DNA from: a virus
Taxonomy: Duplodnaviria; Caudoviricetes
Virus record (IMG/VR): IMGVR_UViG_3300028196_001631
Location: 1-24,729 of that record
Direction: 5' to 3' (one strand)
Length of the DNA stretch: 24,729 nt
The position numbers and the translations under genes are program-made. The stretch's first letter is position 1. Each line of letters begins with the position of its first letter. Below, piece by piece: positions 1 to 9,066 of this stretch. Below the pieces are notes generated by a model. It saw only the letters and a list, made by a program, of their open reading frames with translations, made no database searches and had not been told where the DNA came from.

Positions 1-3000
1 ATTAGTAGAACTTAATACAAGTTTAATTCTATAGAATCTGAATGGTTGCAAGTTATCCATGGTAAATGTGTATTCTTTAAATTCAAGATTGTTACTATTA
101 AAATCAAGAACATTAGTTTTTTGAATCAATGTGTCTGATTGACCATCACTATTTTTCAGAGAAACTATTTCTCCATTTGGTTTGAAATTAAGATACCCAG
201 GGAATGGAGCAAATACTGGATTTGCTGTTGGTTGATCACTAACACAAAAGAATGCTCTGATATCGGAGAATGTATTAATATATCCATTAAGAACAATCTT
301 AATTGAAGATGCAGAGTTCTCCAAAGAAAGTTCTCTTGAGATATACTGGAATGCTGAGGGATCAGAATCAATAGTATTTACTCTAAAATCCGTTATATAA
401 TTTGTAATAGAATTGTTAATTCTATTAGTAGAAAGAATAGTGTTCATTCTTTGAGTATCAACAACAGGACTTACCCTACTATCAACAGAATTCAAGAACA
501 TTCTTAAAGACATTGACTTATTGCCAGGGGCAGTAGTAAGTTTTTGAGTTTCATTAACTTTAGAGAATATTGCTCTCGGTGATGTAAGGAAATTAGGTTT
601 ATTTAAGGTAACCGGTTCAAACCCATTATTAACGAATGGAATTTCATTACCGCTAATTCCTGTCGATGTTGTAGATCTTAATTGAGCACTAATTGTAGAT
701 CCCTGAACAGTCTGAGAATGAATCATTGGAGTAATGATTTCATATGGAATATTTTGAGTTGCTCCAATATTATACCCACCTGCAGATTTTGTATCTTGAA
801 CATAAAGTCTTGGGAAAGTATCATTTTGCCTTTCAACACTGCGATCTAAGTTATTCGTATTAAATAATTCAGACATGTCAAGTTTTACATAGTAAAAATC
901 TAAATTTATTGGGTCTGCAACTGTAACTTGATTCATATCATGAATCTTATTAATTCTTGCAAGGTTAACTCCAGATAATTCATATTTGTATACTAATGTC
1001 CCAGCTGGATAAGATGCTCTATTTGCACCTCTAGTAATTGTTCCTCCTATACTATTACCAGATACTGCAGTATATTCGATAATTTCATCACCAATCTTCA
1101 AATACCCTGCGTTATTGTTAGCAACAGGGACTCCTTCAAAGTTGACAAAATTTGTACCAGACTGAACAGAAATTGCACCCTGTGAACCTGATTCATATGC
1201 AAGTGTGAGTTTTGTTGGAACTATATCAGATTCAACACCAGATATATCAACTCTATTATCAGCAAAATACATTCCATGATTTGTATGATTTACTTTAATA
1301 TGTAAACCATCAGAATCAACTGTATCATTATTAATAGATAAAATATTAACTCCACCACCAGAAGTAGAATTTAATTCTTTTCTACTACTAGAATCCGTAT
1401 AGAACATAGTATTTGCAACACCAGTTACAAACTCACCTATCACGTTATCCAAAATAATAGTATTCGTTGCCCCAATATTGCCAAGAGTTAATTTCATATC
1501 TCTACCAACAGCACCATACGTTGTAGAAGTGGGAGTTACAACATCACCTACTTGATAACCCGATCCACCATCTCCTATAATTGTTGCTCCAATAGCAACT
1601 CCATTATTAACGGTTAGTGATACCTTGGCACCAGATCCGTTACCCGAAATATTGATAATATCAACAGTTCTAGTTTCAGAGTTTCCTGTAGAAGGCGTAT
1701 AACCAACTCCTACGTTAGATAATATCAAAGTTCCAGTAGCAGAAGCACCTACACCAATCAAATTACCACTTGCGTTAGTGCTAGACTGATCGAATGTATT
1801 ACCTAATGAGTGTGTATTACTTGCGTCAAATGATGATGAAAGACCGATTCTAAGTCTTCTTGATTTTAATTCAATAGCATCTGGTAACAGATTTGCAATT
1901 TGTCTATTTCCTTTAGTTAATTCTGGACTATAAATGTCAATAGTACCAGATGTTTCAAATTCTGCTCTATACAGATTAAATTTCAAATCTTCCCACTGAC
2001 TTGCTTCCCATCCAGATGCATTTTGAGATTTGAATAGAGAACCTAAGAATTGTTGTGAAGAAATTAGAGTATCTGTAAGGAAATCATCCTGACCAATTCT
2101 AGCAATAAACGTGCTATACTTTGTGGAATTTGTTGAAAGGCAAATGGCATATTCCTTTCTTCCTTCTAGGTAGATTGGAGCCTTAAATGTAAATGAAGTT
2201 GCTATAGAACTATCAGTAGAAATCGAAACTTCATCAGGATCAAGAATAACTTCAGAAAGAGGAAGAACTCTAGATGTAGGAATTCCCCCTTCAACTGTTC
2301 TAATTTGTAGGGTGATAGGAATTTCCATATCATCTTTAGACCTGAAGAAAATGTCACATCTTGTTAAGAAAATGCCAGTTTCGTCATCAACAACAAATGT
2401 TTGTGCAAGAGGATCATACCATGCAGTAATAGTGTCTGGAGAAGTTCTATTAACTACACTAGTTCCAACAATCTGCGTTCCAGAAGATCTACTAACAGTT
2501 TGTTGACCAAATTCCTTCTTATCCTCAAGACGTATATTTCTAATAGAACCTTCATTTTGAATAATTCCAGTAGCTGAATATAGTTCAGAAGCAGTAGTAG
2601 TTACATTCTCAACATCATTCGTTATATCACTAGAAAGAGTAAATGCTCTGATACCAGATTCAAATCTTGGATGATATGAAGTTGTTGTTTCTGGAATATA
2701 GAAACTACCAATAAGAGATGATGTATTATCTACAACTAGTTTTAGATCAGAAACCGTTGCTGTAGCACCACTACTCTCTCCAACAAGCAAAGTGCCAACT
2801 TCAACATATCCATAATATAAACCTTGAGTTTCATTTGATAATGAATACGTATCAATATTCAGAATGGTTGAAGTTGAATTATATGTAGAAGGAATTAATT
2901 GACCATTATAGGGGTTTTCAAGATAAGTTTTTGTTGCTACATCATAAGGTCCTTCTTTATGATTTATCTGTGCAACTCTTGCATAGAACTTAGGAGAAAT

Positions 3001-6000
3001 AATACCTTTTTTGATAGGAACACTACGGATGTTTTCTCCAATAGTAAATGTTCCTGAAGTCATTGTAATTTCAATTAATTTAGGAACGCAATATCTAGAT
3101 ACGTCAATACCATCAAAGAATGGGAATACTTTAGTTCCTGGTTTAAGTTTTTTAGAAACAAATTCAATGTTTCTAGATCTCATAAATGGAACAAGATCTC
3201 TACTTACTGATCTATCATTTACTGAAGTTTTTTCAAATTCTTCATGAACAATAGTTCTCGTTCCACCTCTAGATTCTGTGCCAATATCAAAGGTTTCTTG
3301 AAGTTCTTCCTGAGAAATTGTAGTAGAATTTCTTCTTACCCACTGACCAGGTCCTTGAGTTCCATCAAGTTTCTTTGTGCTCTCTGAAATAGAATCCGTT
3401 GCTGCTCTACTTTCAGATTCAACCGTGTCTAATACACCGGTCCAATTAGTTTCCCAAGAATCCCAAAGAATAGGAACAAATCCTGTTTGAGCATCTAATT
3501 CGTTTGTTCTCTCATAGTAATCAACAGTGGCAGCATAGTTGCCTTCAGTTTCAATAATTCTAGTTTGAACTCTAACAGTATCAACCCAAGTATCTGAAGC
3601 GGGAGTTAATTCAATTGTTCCTTGCCAGAAACTAACTGTAAACGGTGTTATATTTTCAGATCTAGTTGCAAAAGTTTGTTGCAACCAATCAACCTCAGCA
3701 TACTCTAAAGTTAAAATGTCATTACTTCTTGCAACATTCTCTCCTTCAACTATATTAAATTTAAAGTCCGTTGTAGAAGCGACTTCTACAACAGGTCCAA
3801 GCACAAGATCGACTGAATTTGTATAGTGTTTTGGTCTTAACTCTTTATTTTTTCTATCGATAGAATTATTGAGAGTTGCTTTTGTTTCCTGTGATTTAAA
3901 TGAATTGAAGTTATCTACAAAGAAACCACTTTTAAATCTGTTGATGCCATCAGAGTCCGAAATAAAGGAACTTTCAGTTTTAGATTCAAGTAGAGATAGT
4001 GAAGTATAATACTCAAGATTTCTAATTCTATTTTCAAGTTGCTTGATATCTGACATTCTATATCTCTTGTTTTCCAAGAATTTCAAAGATGCTTGTTCAG
4101 GATTAAACAGATATGGGGGCAATTTGATGGTTGCAATTTCCATTGCATCATCAATGGCAACTGGAGGTTCTGCTTTATCTGCAGGTGTTCCATAAACAAT
4201 TTGGAACTTACCATCCTTAGTCAGGAATAATCTATCAATTCTTCCGAGATAGTATGAGAAATCAAAGATTAAACTTTCTTGAGAAGCTAGCAAATTTGCT
4301 GCAGAGTTGCCAGACTGGTTAAATGTTCTACCTGCAAATTCTAATGGAGAACGTGCTCCTTCAGTGACCGTATATGTAGAAACTCTTGGTCGTATATCGA
4401 TAATATCACTATTAGAAATACCATCAACAGATTGAATTTCTGTAGCATAGTCAAAGGAGTTATAACTTTCAACTGTAGTTAAATCTCCAGAATCTGCCGT
4501 TCCATATCCAGCAGATGCAAAATACACTCTAATTTTCTTAGTTGGTGCTATAGAAGATGATCTTCTTTTAATAGTACCATATGAGTAAATAGTTTTTTGT
4601 TGTCCAGTACTAAATGTAAAATTCGATGAAATATTAAAACTTTCTTCAACAATCGAACTAATTATACCTTCAACTAAACTTTGTTGGAAGATTACTGTTT
4701 CTCCCTCAATAAAGTCAACTTGGTTATTAACAATGTATGATGCACTAGCACTACCAGGTTTTCCAACACAAACCGCAATTGCTCCACTTGTTTGTCCAAT
4801 AAGAATTTCTCCATCCAAAACATCTTGAGTTGTAGATGTTTGACTTGTAATAGAAGAGAATGTCATTGTTGGTGCAACAGGATCATTAACCCCATTAGAC
4901 TCATAAATTCCATGTATTTCTAAGATATCAGGAACATTAAGAGAAATTAGTTCGTCTTCAACTCTTGTACCATATGGATAATTTCCATGATCCAATCCAT
5001 TATTTAATGTTGTAGCACCTATTCCCGAACCTTCAATTCTAGACTTACTTATAACAACAGAAGAAACATTTGTTTTAATTTTTACTTTAGATTTTGGTTT
5101 AGACTTTATTAATGTTGTAAGTAATGTTGCTGCTCCAACACCAGTTCTAGTGTTAAAGATATTTTCAAGTTTAGTTCTGTCAAAATTAAATGACATCTTA
5201 TCAGCAGTCAATTCAATTGTAGTTCCATCATCATCTCGTATTAATGAATATCTTTCAGCAGTAAAGGGTAAGAATATTTCATTTGCACCTGCTTCAGGAG
5301 AAGATGCAGTATTAATAGAACCATTAGCAAGAATAGATATTGGGAATGACTTTCTAATGGTGATTGTAGATTCGTTTAAATTTATTGTTGCAATGTTCTG
5401 TTTTGATAACTTTGTATATAATGTATTATCTGAGGACTTATCTAATCCTGTTCTAACAATATTCATGTCAGAAACATTGACCACACCAGATGAGTGTAAA
5501 CCACCATGCACAACACCAGCAACAGTGTGAATACCTGTCACAGTAGCACCAGTATTAGATACTGCAGTTACTTTAACCATTGTTTTATCATTTGAGGTAT
5601 CAAGGTTAGAATATGTTAGTAGATCTCCAACTCTTACATTATCTAAAAATCTTGGGTTTGCACTTTGAACATTTCCACCATTACTAACTGTTGCAACACC
5701 AACATTAAATGCTTTAGTTTGAACAACATCTCCTGCAAAAGTATTAATACCAACTAACCCATCATCTGTTCCAAAAACAGATTTCATATCTGCTATTGAT
5801 TTTTCTGTAACTGCAATGGCAACTCTGCCATTTGCAACACCATCAAAAATTAATGGTTCATTTTCAATAAACGAACCATTTCTATCATAAACAGTAACAT
5901 TAGCAGCTGCAGAGACAGGTTCTCTAAGAAAACCCGTAGCACCACTATTTGCACCTTTTATAAAAGTAGGAACAGTTAAAGTATGTGCTTGGTTTAAAGT

Positions 6001-7455
6001 AATGAATGTAAATGGTTGTACATCAAATAGGGAAAGACCCCACTCATTAGTATTTGCATTATCTGTGGAATATGAACCCGACTCTAACTTAAAGTCATAT
6101 ACTCTAGCAACACCAATTTCATTTCCTGGTATTGTATTTTGGTTTTCGCCACCACGAGCATCTCTTAGACTCAAAACAAAAGTCTTACCAACACCAATTT
6201 CATTTGGTGTTCTGAATACTCTATTGAGTTTTAATGTTGTTCCAGTATTATATGATAACGACTCACCATCTACATCTCTTGTTGTTCTTGGTTTGTCAAG
6301 ATCGATAAATGTTGGAGTAGTTGTCTCAATCTCATATCCTTTTACATATGCCTTTCCTGAGGATACTTTAAGGATAGCTAGATCTTCAGATGCTAAAGAA
6401 CCGCCATAAGTAAAATCCCCTGCTGAAAGTAATCCGCCATTTCCTTGATTATTGTTTAGAGAGTTTACTACAGATACATCAAAAGGTTTTACTGCATAAT
6501 GACCACTCTCATCAAAAGTTCTTTGTGCAAGTGTATCAACTAAATCTTCACGGAATACTTGATTTGAACCTCCATTTGTGGATTTAATTTGGGTTCTTAA
6601 AACTCCATCTTCAATAACTGCCAACTCGACAAAATTATTATCATCAAAATCATCAAGTGGTTTTTTGAAGAGACTTGCAGAAATTTTGAGTCTATCTGCT
6701 CCTGGTGCTGCAAAATTGTTAAACCCTTGAGAGTTATCATTGAGACTTTCGTCTAGATCCGAAGTTATAATTTCTTCTCTAATTTGAAGACCAATTCTAT
6801 AATTTGGTCTATTAGTGTATTGATCAAGAATTAAAGTTTCAGTATCTACTTGAACAAAATTACCTCTAATAAAGTAGATACCCTGTTGAATTTGGAATGC
6901 AGAACCAACAGAACTTGCATTTTGTACAAAAGTTACCGCAAATGGACTATTTGCGGGAATTGTAGAATTTCCTAGAAGACTAGAATTGATTGATGTACTA
7001 CAAACCAATTCTTCATTATCAAAAAATTGTTCACTTGCATTATTTGCTGTGTTTGAATTTAAGTAATTAATATAAAGTGTTAAATTTCCATTTGAAGAAT
7101 CGTTTGGAAGAAGAACACTATCTACAACAGCAGTTACACCAGACTGTTGACCCGTGATTTTTAGACCTACAAGTTGATCTGCATAAGCAGCAACAGGAAC
7201 ACCTTGGAAGGTATTATTTAACTGAACATTATAATAAAGTTGAGTATACCCAGTATTACCTGGGATTACTTTTGATCCTTCCTTAAAGAAGTGCTGCCCA
7301 AACTTCTCGATCTGATTTTGTAAGATCGATTGAAGAGATGTTAATTCTCTTGCCTGTACTGGATAACCAGGTTTGAATAATACTTTATGAAAATCACTAG
7401 ACGGATCATAATCATCAAAATATGGCGATACGTTTAGATTAGTTTGTTGTGGCAT
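1..7455 (-). CDS. VrlC-like / DUF4815-family giant virion structural protein, 3'-partial (2485 codons in window, stop lies beyond left edge)
   Basis: The ATG at 7455 lies 6 nt after the gp8 stop and reads MPQQTNLNVSPYFDDYDPSSDFHKVLFKPGYPVQARELTSLQSILQNQIEKFGQHFFKEGS. The same frame gives APGADRLKI, GKAYVKGYEI, YYLGRIDRL, NKRYRMSDIKQLENRIRNLEYYTSLSLLE (3985-4071), WYDPLAQTF (2395-2421), SLFKSQNASGWEASQWEDLKF, and MDNLQPFRFYRIKLVLSSTN at 60-1. Its absence from the ORF track fits there being no in-frame stop inside the window. Confidence 0.9.
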   Translation of the reverse strand, partial: MPQQTNLNVSPYFDDYDPSSDFHKVLFKPGYPVQARELTSLQSILQNQIEKFGQHFFKEGSKVIPGNTGYTQLYYNVQLNNTFQGVPVAAYADQLVGLKITGQQSGVTAVVDSVLLPNDSSNGNLTLYINYLNSNTANNASEQFFDNEELVCSTSINSSLLGNSTIPANSPFAVTFVQNASSVGSAFQIQQGIYFIRGNFVQVDTETLILDQYTNRPNYRIGLQIREEIITSDLDESLNDNSQGFNNFAAPGADRLKISASLFKKPLDDFDDNNFVELAVIEDGVLRTQIKSTNGGSNQVFREDLVDTLAQRTFDESGHYAVKPFDVSVVNSLNNNQGNGGLLSAGDFTYGGSLASEDLAILKVSSGKAYVKGYEIETTTPTFIDLDKPRTTRDVDGESLSYNTGTTLKLNRVFRTPNEIGVGKTFVLSLRDARGGENQNTIPGNEIGVARVYDFKLESGSYSTDNANTNEWGLSLFDVQPFTFITLNQAHTLTVPTFIKGANSGATGFLREPVSAAANVTVYDRNGSFIENEPLIFDGVANGRVAIAVTEKSIADMKSVFGTDDGLVGINTFAGDVVQTKAFNVGVATVSNGGNVQSANPRFLDNVRVGDLLTYSNLDTSNDKTMVKVTAVSNTGATVTGIHTVAGVVHGGLHSSGVVNVSDMNIVRTGLDKSSDNTLYTKLSKQNIATINLNESTITIRKSFPISILANGSINTASSPEAGANEIFLPFTAERYSLIRDDDGTTIELTADKMSFNFDRTKLENIFNTRTGVGAATLLTTLIKSKPKSKVKIKTNVSSVVISKSRIEGSGIGATTLNNGLDHGNYPYGTRVEDELISLNVPDILEIHGIYESNGVNDPVAPTMTFSSITSQTSTTQDVLDGEILIGQTSGAIAVCVGKPGSASASYIVNNQVDFIEGETVIFQQSLVEGIISSIVEESFNISSNFTFSTGQQKTIYSYGTIKRRSSSIAPTKKIRVYFASAGYGTADSGDLTTVESYNSFDYATEIQSVDGISNSDIIDIRPRVSTYTVTEGARSPLEFAGRTFNQSGNSAANLLASQESLIFDFSYYLGRIDRLFLTKDGKFQIVYGTPADKAEPPVAIDDAMEIATIKLPPYLFNPEQASLKFLENKRYRMSDIKQLENRIRNLEYYTSLSLLESKTESSFISDSDGINRFKSGFFVDNFNSFKSQETKATLNNSIDRKNKELRPKHYTNSVDLVLGPVVEVASTTDFKFNIVEGENVARSNDILTLEYAEVDWLQQTFATRSENITPFTVSFWQGTIELTPASDTWVDTVRVQTRIIETEGNYAATVDYYERTNELDAQTGFVPILWDSWETNWTGVLDTVESESRAATDSISESTKKLDGTQGPGQWVRRNSTTISQEELQETFDIGTESRGGTRTIVHEEFEKTSVNDRSVSRDLVPFMRSRNIEFVSKKLKPGTKVFPFFDGIDVSRYCVPKLIEITMTSGTFTIGENIRSVPIKKGIISPKFYARVAQINHKEGPYDVATKTYLENPYNGQLIPSTYNSTSTILNIDTYSLSNETQGLYYGYVEVGTLLVGESSGATATVSDLKLVVDNTSSLIGSFYIPETTTSYHPRFESGIRAFTLSSDITNDVENVTTTASELYSATGIIQNEGSIRNIRLEDKKEFGQQTVSRSSGTQIVGTSVVNRTSPDTITAWYDPLAQTFVVDDETGIFLTRCDIFFRSKDDMEIPITLQIRTVEGGIPTSRVLPLSEVILDPDEVSISTDSSIATSFTFKAPIYLEGRKEYAICLSTNSTKYSTFIARIGQDDFLTDTLISSQQFLGSLFKSQNASGWEASQWEDLKFNLYRAEFETSGTIDIYSPELTKGNRQIANLLPDAIELKSRRLRIGLSSSFDASNTHSLGNTFDQSSTNASGNLIGVGASATGTLILSNVGVGYTPSTGNSETRTVDIINISGNGSGAKVSLTVNNGVAIGATIIGDGGSGYQVGDVVTPTSTTYGAVGRDMKLTLGNIGATNTIILDNVIGEFVTGVANTMFYTDSSSRKELNSTSGGGVNILSINNDTVDSDGLHIKVNHTNHGMYFADNRVDISGVESDIVPTKLTLAYESGSQGAISVQSGTNFVNFEGVPVANNNAGYLKIGDEIIEYTAVSGNSIGGTITRGANRASYPAGTLVYKYELSGVNLARINKIHDMNQVTVADPINLDFYYVKLDMSELFNTNNLDRSVERQNDTFPRLYVQDTKSAGGYNIGATQNIPYEIITPMIHSQTVQGSTISAQLRSTTSTGISGNEIPFVNNGFEPVTLNKPNFLTSPRAIFSKVNETQKLTTAPGNKSMSLRMFLNSVDSRVSPVVDTQRMNTILSTNRINNSITNYITDFRVNTIDSDPSAFQYISRELSLENSASSIKIVLNGYINTFSDIRAFFCVSDQPTANPVFAPFPGYLNFKPNGEIVSLKNSDGQSDTLIQKTNVLDFNSNNLEFKEYTFTMDNLQPFRFYRIKLVLSSTN

Positions 7456-7461
7456 AATCCT

Positions 7462-9024
7462 TTAGAACTGCAAAATAATTTTTATGTCTTCCTTTTGATT
7501 TGACGATCTAATAATAGAAGGTCTATTATCAACGTAAATAATGTTACCAGATTGTTTTTGAACTTCTGGTAACGCAATCCCGTCTTGGAACTCTATTCCA
7601 AAATAATATGTCCTATTATTTATTACTGTAGAGACACCCGTATAAGTAGCGTCAATTGTTAATGAAGAGTTTGTTCCATTATCAGGAATAACTGTAAGAT
7701 TTCCACCAGTATCAGGCGAACTTGTGAAATCAGTTAAATCAAATCCATATCTAGGTTCTATAACATTAGTACCATCTACAGTATTAAAACCTACAAGATT
7801 TCTATCCTGCCAGAATTTTAAAACTCCTGTAGTTTGATCATAATTAACAACTCTACCAAAAGCAGTTGTACCAAGAGAAATTGTTTGTGAAATAAATGAA
7901 TTTGCGATAAACTCTGCAGTGCTATATCCCGCTCCAACTAATTTTAGTGCCCCAACAACACTTGCTTTTGACTTGTTTAAAATTGTTGAAGAACCTAATT
8001 CTGTAGGATTTTCAACAATACCAACTCTTGCAATCTTGTTACCAGTAACAAAATCTGGATCTTGAGTATCATTTTCAATTCTTGCATATAATAATAAATT
8101 TGATGCGCCAAGTTCTTTATAAATGTCGTTACCATGACCACCTTGTGGGGGAATGATAACATCAAATGTTGGTCTAGTAGTTCCTGTCGGAACACCTCCT
8201 GCAACTAAATCTACAGTTCCGTATGTATATCCACTACCTTGGTTAGAAACTTCTACAGAACTGATTTGAGAGTTTTCATCAACAGTAATGGTACACTGAG
8301 CACCAATACCATCACCTTTAATTGGAACGTCCCTGTACTGTAAGTTTGCTGCTCCTATATTAAGACCTTTGTTTGTTACAATAACAATCTTAATAGAACC
8401 TCCAACAGAATTATCTCTAACAAGAGCATTTTCTGAAGAAGTTTCCCAGTTGTTGGGAACCGGCATAAATTCAGTAGAATCAAATTTTATAATATCTGAA
8501 GGACTTAATGTATAAAGATATTTCCAAATATAATCATCACCACTAGAACCAGCAATTCTGGGTTCTAAATCAGTAAAAAGTGGTTCATCGAGAGATGGTT
8601 TTCCTGCTGGGTTATCAGGACTAGTTCCATTTTGCAAACAGATATAGACTCTAAAGTCTTTATTCATTACATAGAAAAATGATGAATATAGGTTTGTAGA
8701 ACTTGAAACTGCAGCAGTGTTATTAGCATTAATATCATGACGATACATATCGTACTTGACACCAGAAGACCAAATTCTTTTTGGAATAACGTGCATAATA
8801 TCTGAAGAAGTAATCTTCTTCATTGCAAGCATAGAATCCCAATGACTATTTTCATTATCAAAACTATCTCTTGGAGAAGGGGGTGAAGTTTCCCAAGTAG
8901 AATTATAATCAGTAGAATTTGGTAGACCAACAAAAGTATAATAAGAATTAGTACTAGTTACAACACCAGCACGAAAATTCTTAGCATTCAAAATTCTAAT
9001 TTGATCAGTAATTATTGCAGACAT
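7462..9024 (-). CDS. gp8: Baseplate wedge subunit gp8-like (520 aa)
   Basis: Motifs MSAIITDQIRILNAKNF, YYTFVG, WSSGVKYDMYRHD, FYVMNKDFRVYICLQNG, DDYIWKYLYTL and IIPPQGGHG, and a C-terminus ending SGNIIYVDNRPSIIRSSNQKEDIKIILQF. The gene lies directly downstream of gp7. Confidence 0.92.
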   Translation of the reverse strand: MSAIITDQIRILNAKNFRAGVVTSTNSYYTFVGLPNSTDYNSTWETSPPSPRDSFDNENSHWDSMLAMKKITSSDIMHVIPKRIWSSGVKYDMYRHDINANNTAAVSSSTNLYSSFFYVMNKDFRVYICLQNGTSPDNPAGKPSLDEPLFTDLEPRIAGSSGDDYIWKYLYTLSPSDIIKFDSTEFMPVPNNWETSSENALVRDNSVGGSIKIVIVTNKGLNIGAANLQYRDVPIKGDGIGAQCTITVDENSQISSVEVSNQGSGYTYGTVDLVAGGVPTGTTRPTFDVIIPPQGGHGNDIYKELGASNLLLYARIENDTQDPDFVTGNKIARVGIVENPTELGSSTILNKSKASVVGALKLVGAGYSTAEFIANSFISQTISLGTTAFGRVVNYDQTTGVLKFWQDRNLVGFNTVDGTNVIEPRYGFDLTDFTSSPDTGGNLTVIPDNGTNSSLTIDATYTGVSTVINNRTYYFGIEFQDGIALPEVQKQSGNIIYVDNRPSIIRSSNQKEDIKIILQF

Positions 9025-9042
9025 TTTGCCACAGTTTTTCTT

Positions 9043-9050
9043 TATTTATT
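9043..9050 (-). promoter_or_regulatory. Putative T4-type (gp55-dependent) late promoter AATAAATA
   Basis: The minus strand reads CTCT-AATAAATA-AAGAAAAACTGTGGCAAA-ATG. It matches the T4 consensus TATAAATA at 7 of 8 positions, and the cyanophage consensus NATAAATA fully. It sits 18 nt upstream of the gp8 start, in the only sizeable intergenic gap. Confidence 0.75.
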
Positions 9051-9051
9051 A

Positions 9052-9064
9052 GAGATATTATCTC
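9052..9064. repeat. 13-bp inverted repeat GAGATA-T-TATCTC
   Basis: Perfect 6-bp arms with a 1-nt centre, 2 nt downstream of the gp7 stop and 1 nt upstream of the late promoter element. Function unknown. Confidence 0.7.
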
Positions 9065-9066
9065 GT

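Noticed and set aside
2312-6409. Plus-strand ORFs 2312-2506, 3011-3247, 5150-5530 and 6002-6409
   Set aside because: They lie antisense to the VrlC-like gene and have no recognisable motifs. They are shadow ORFs.
9052-9064. Palindrome as an intrinsic terminator for gp7
   Set aside because: The stem is short and AT-rich, and it is followed by an A-rich rather than U-rich tract on the transcribed strand.
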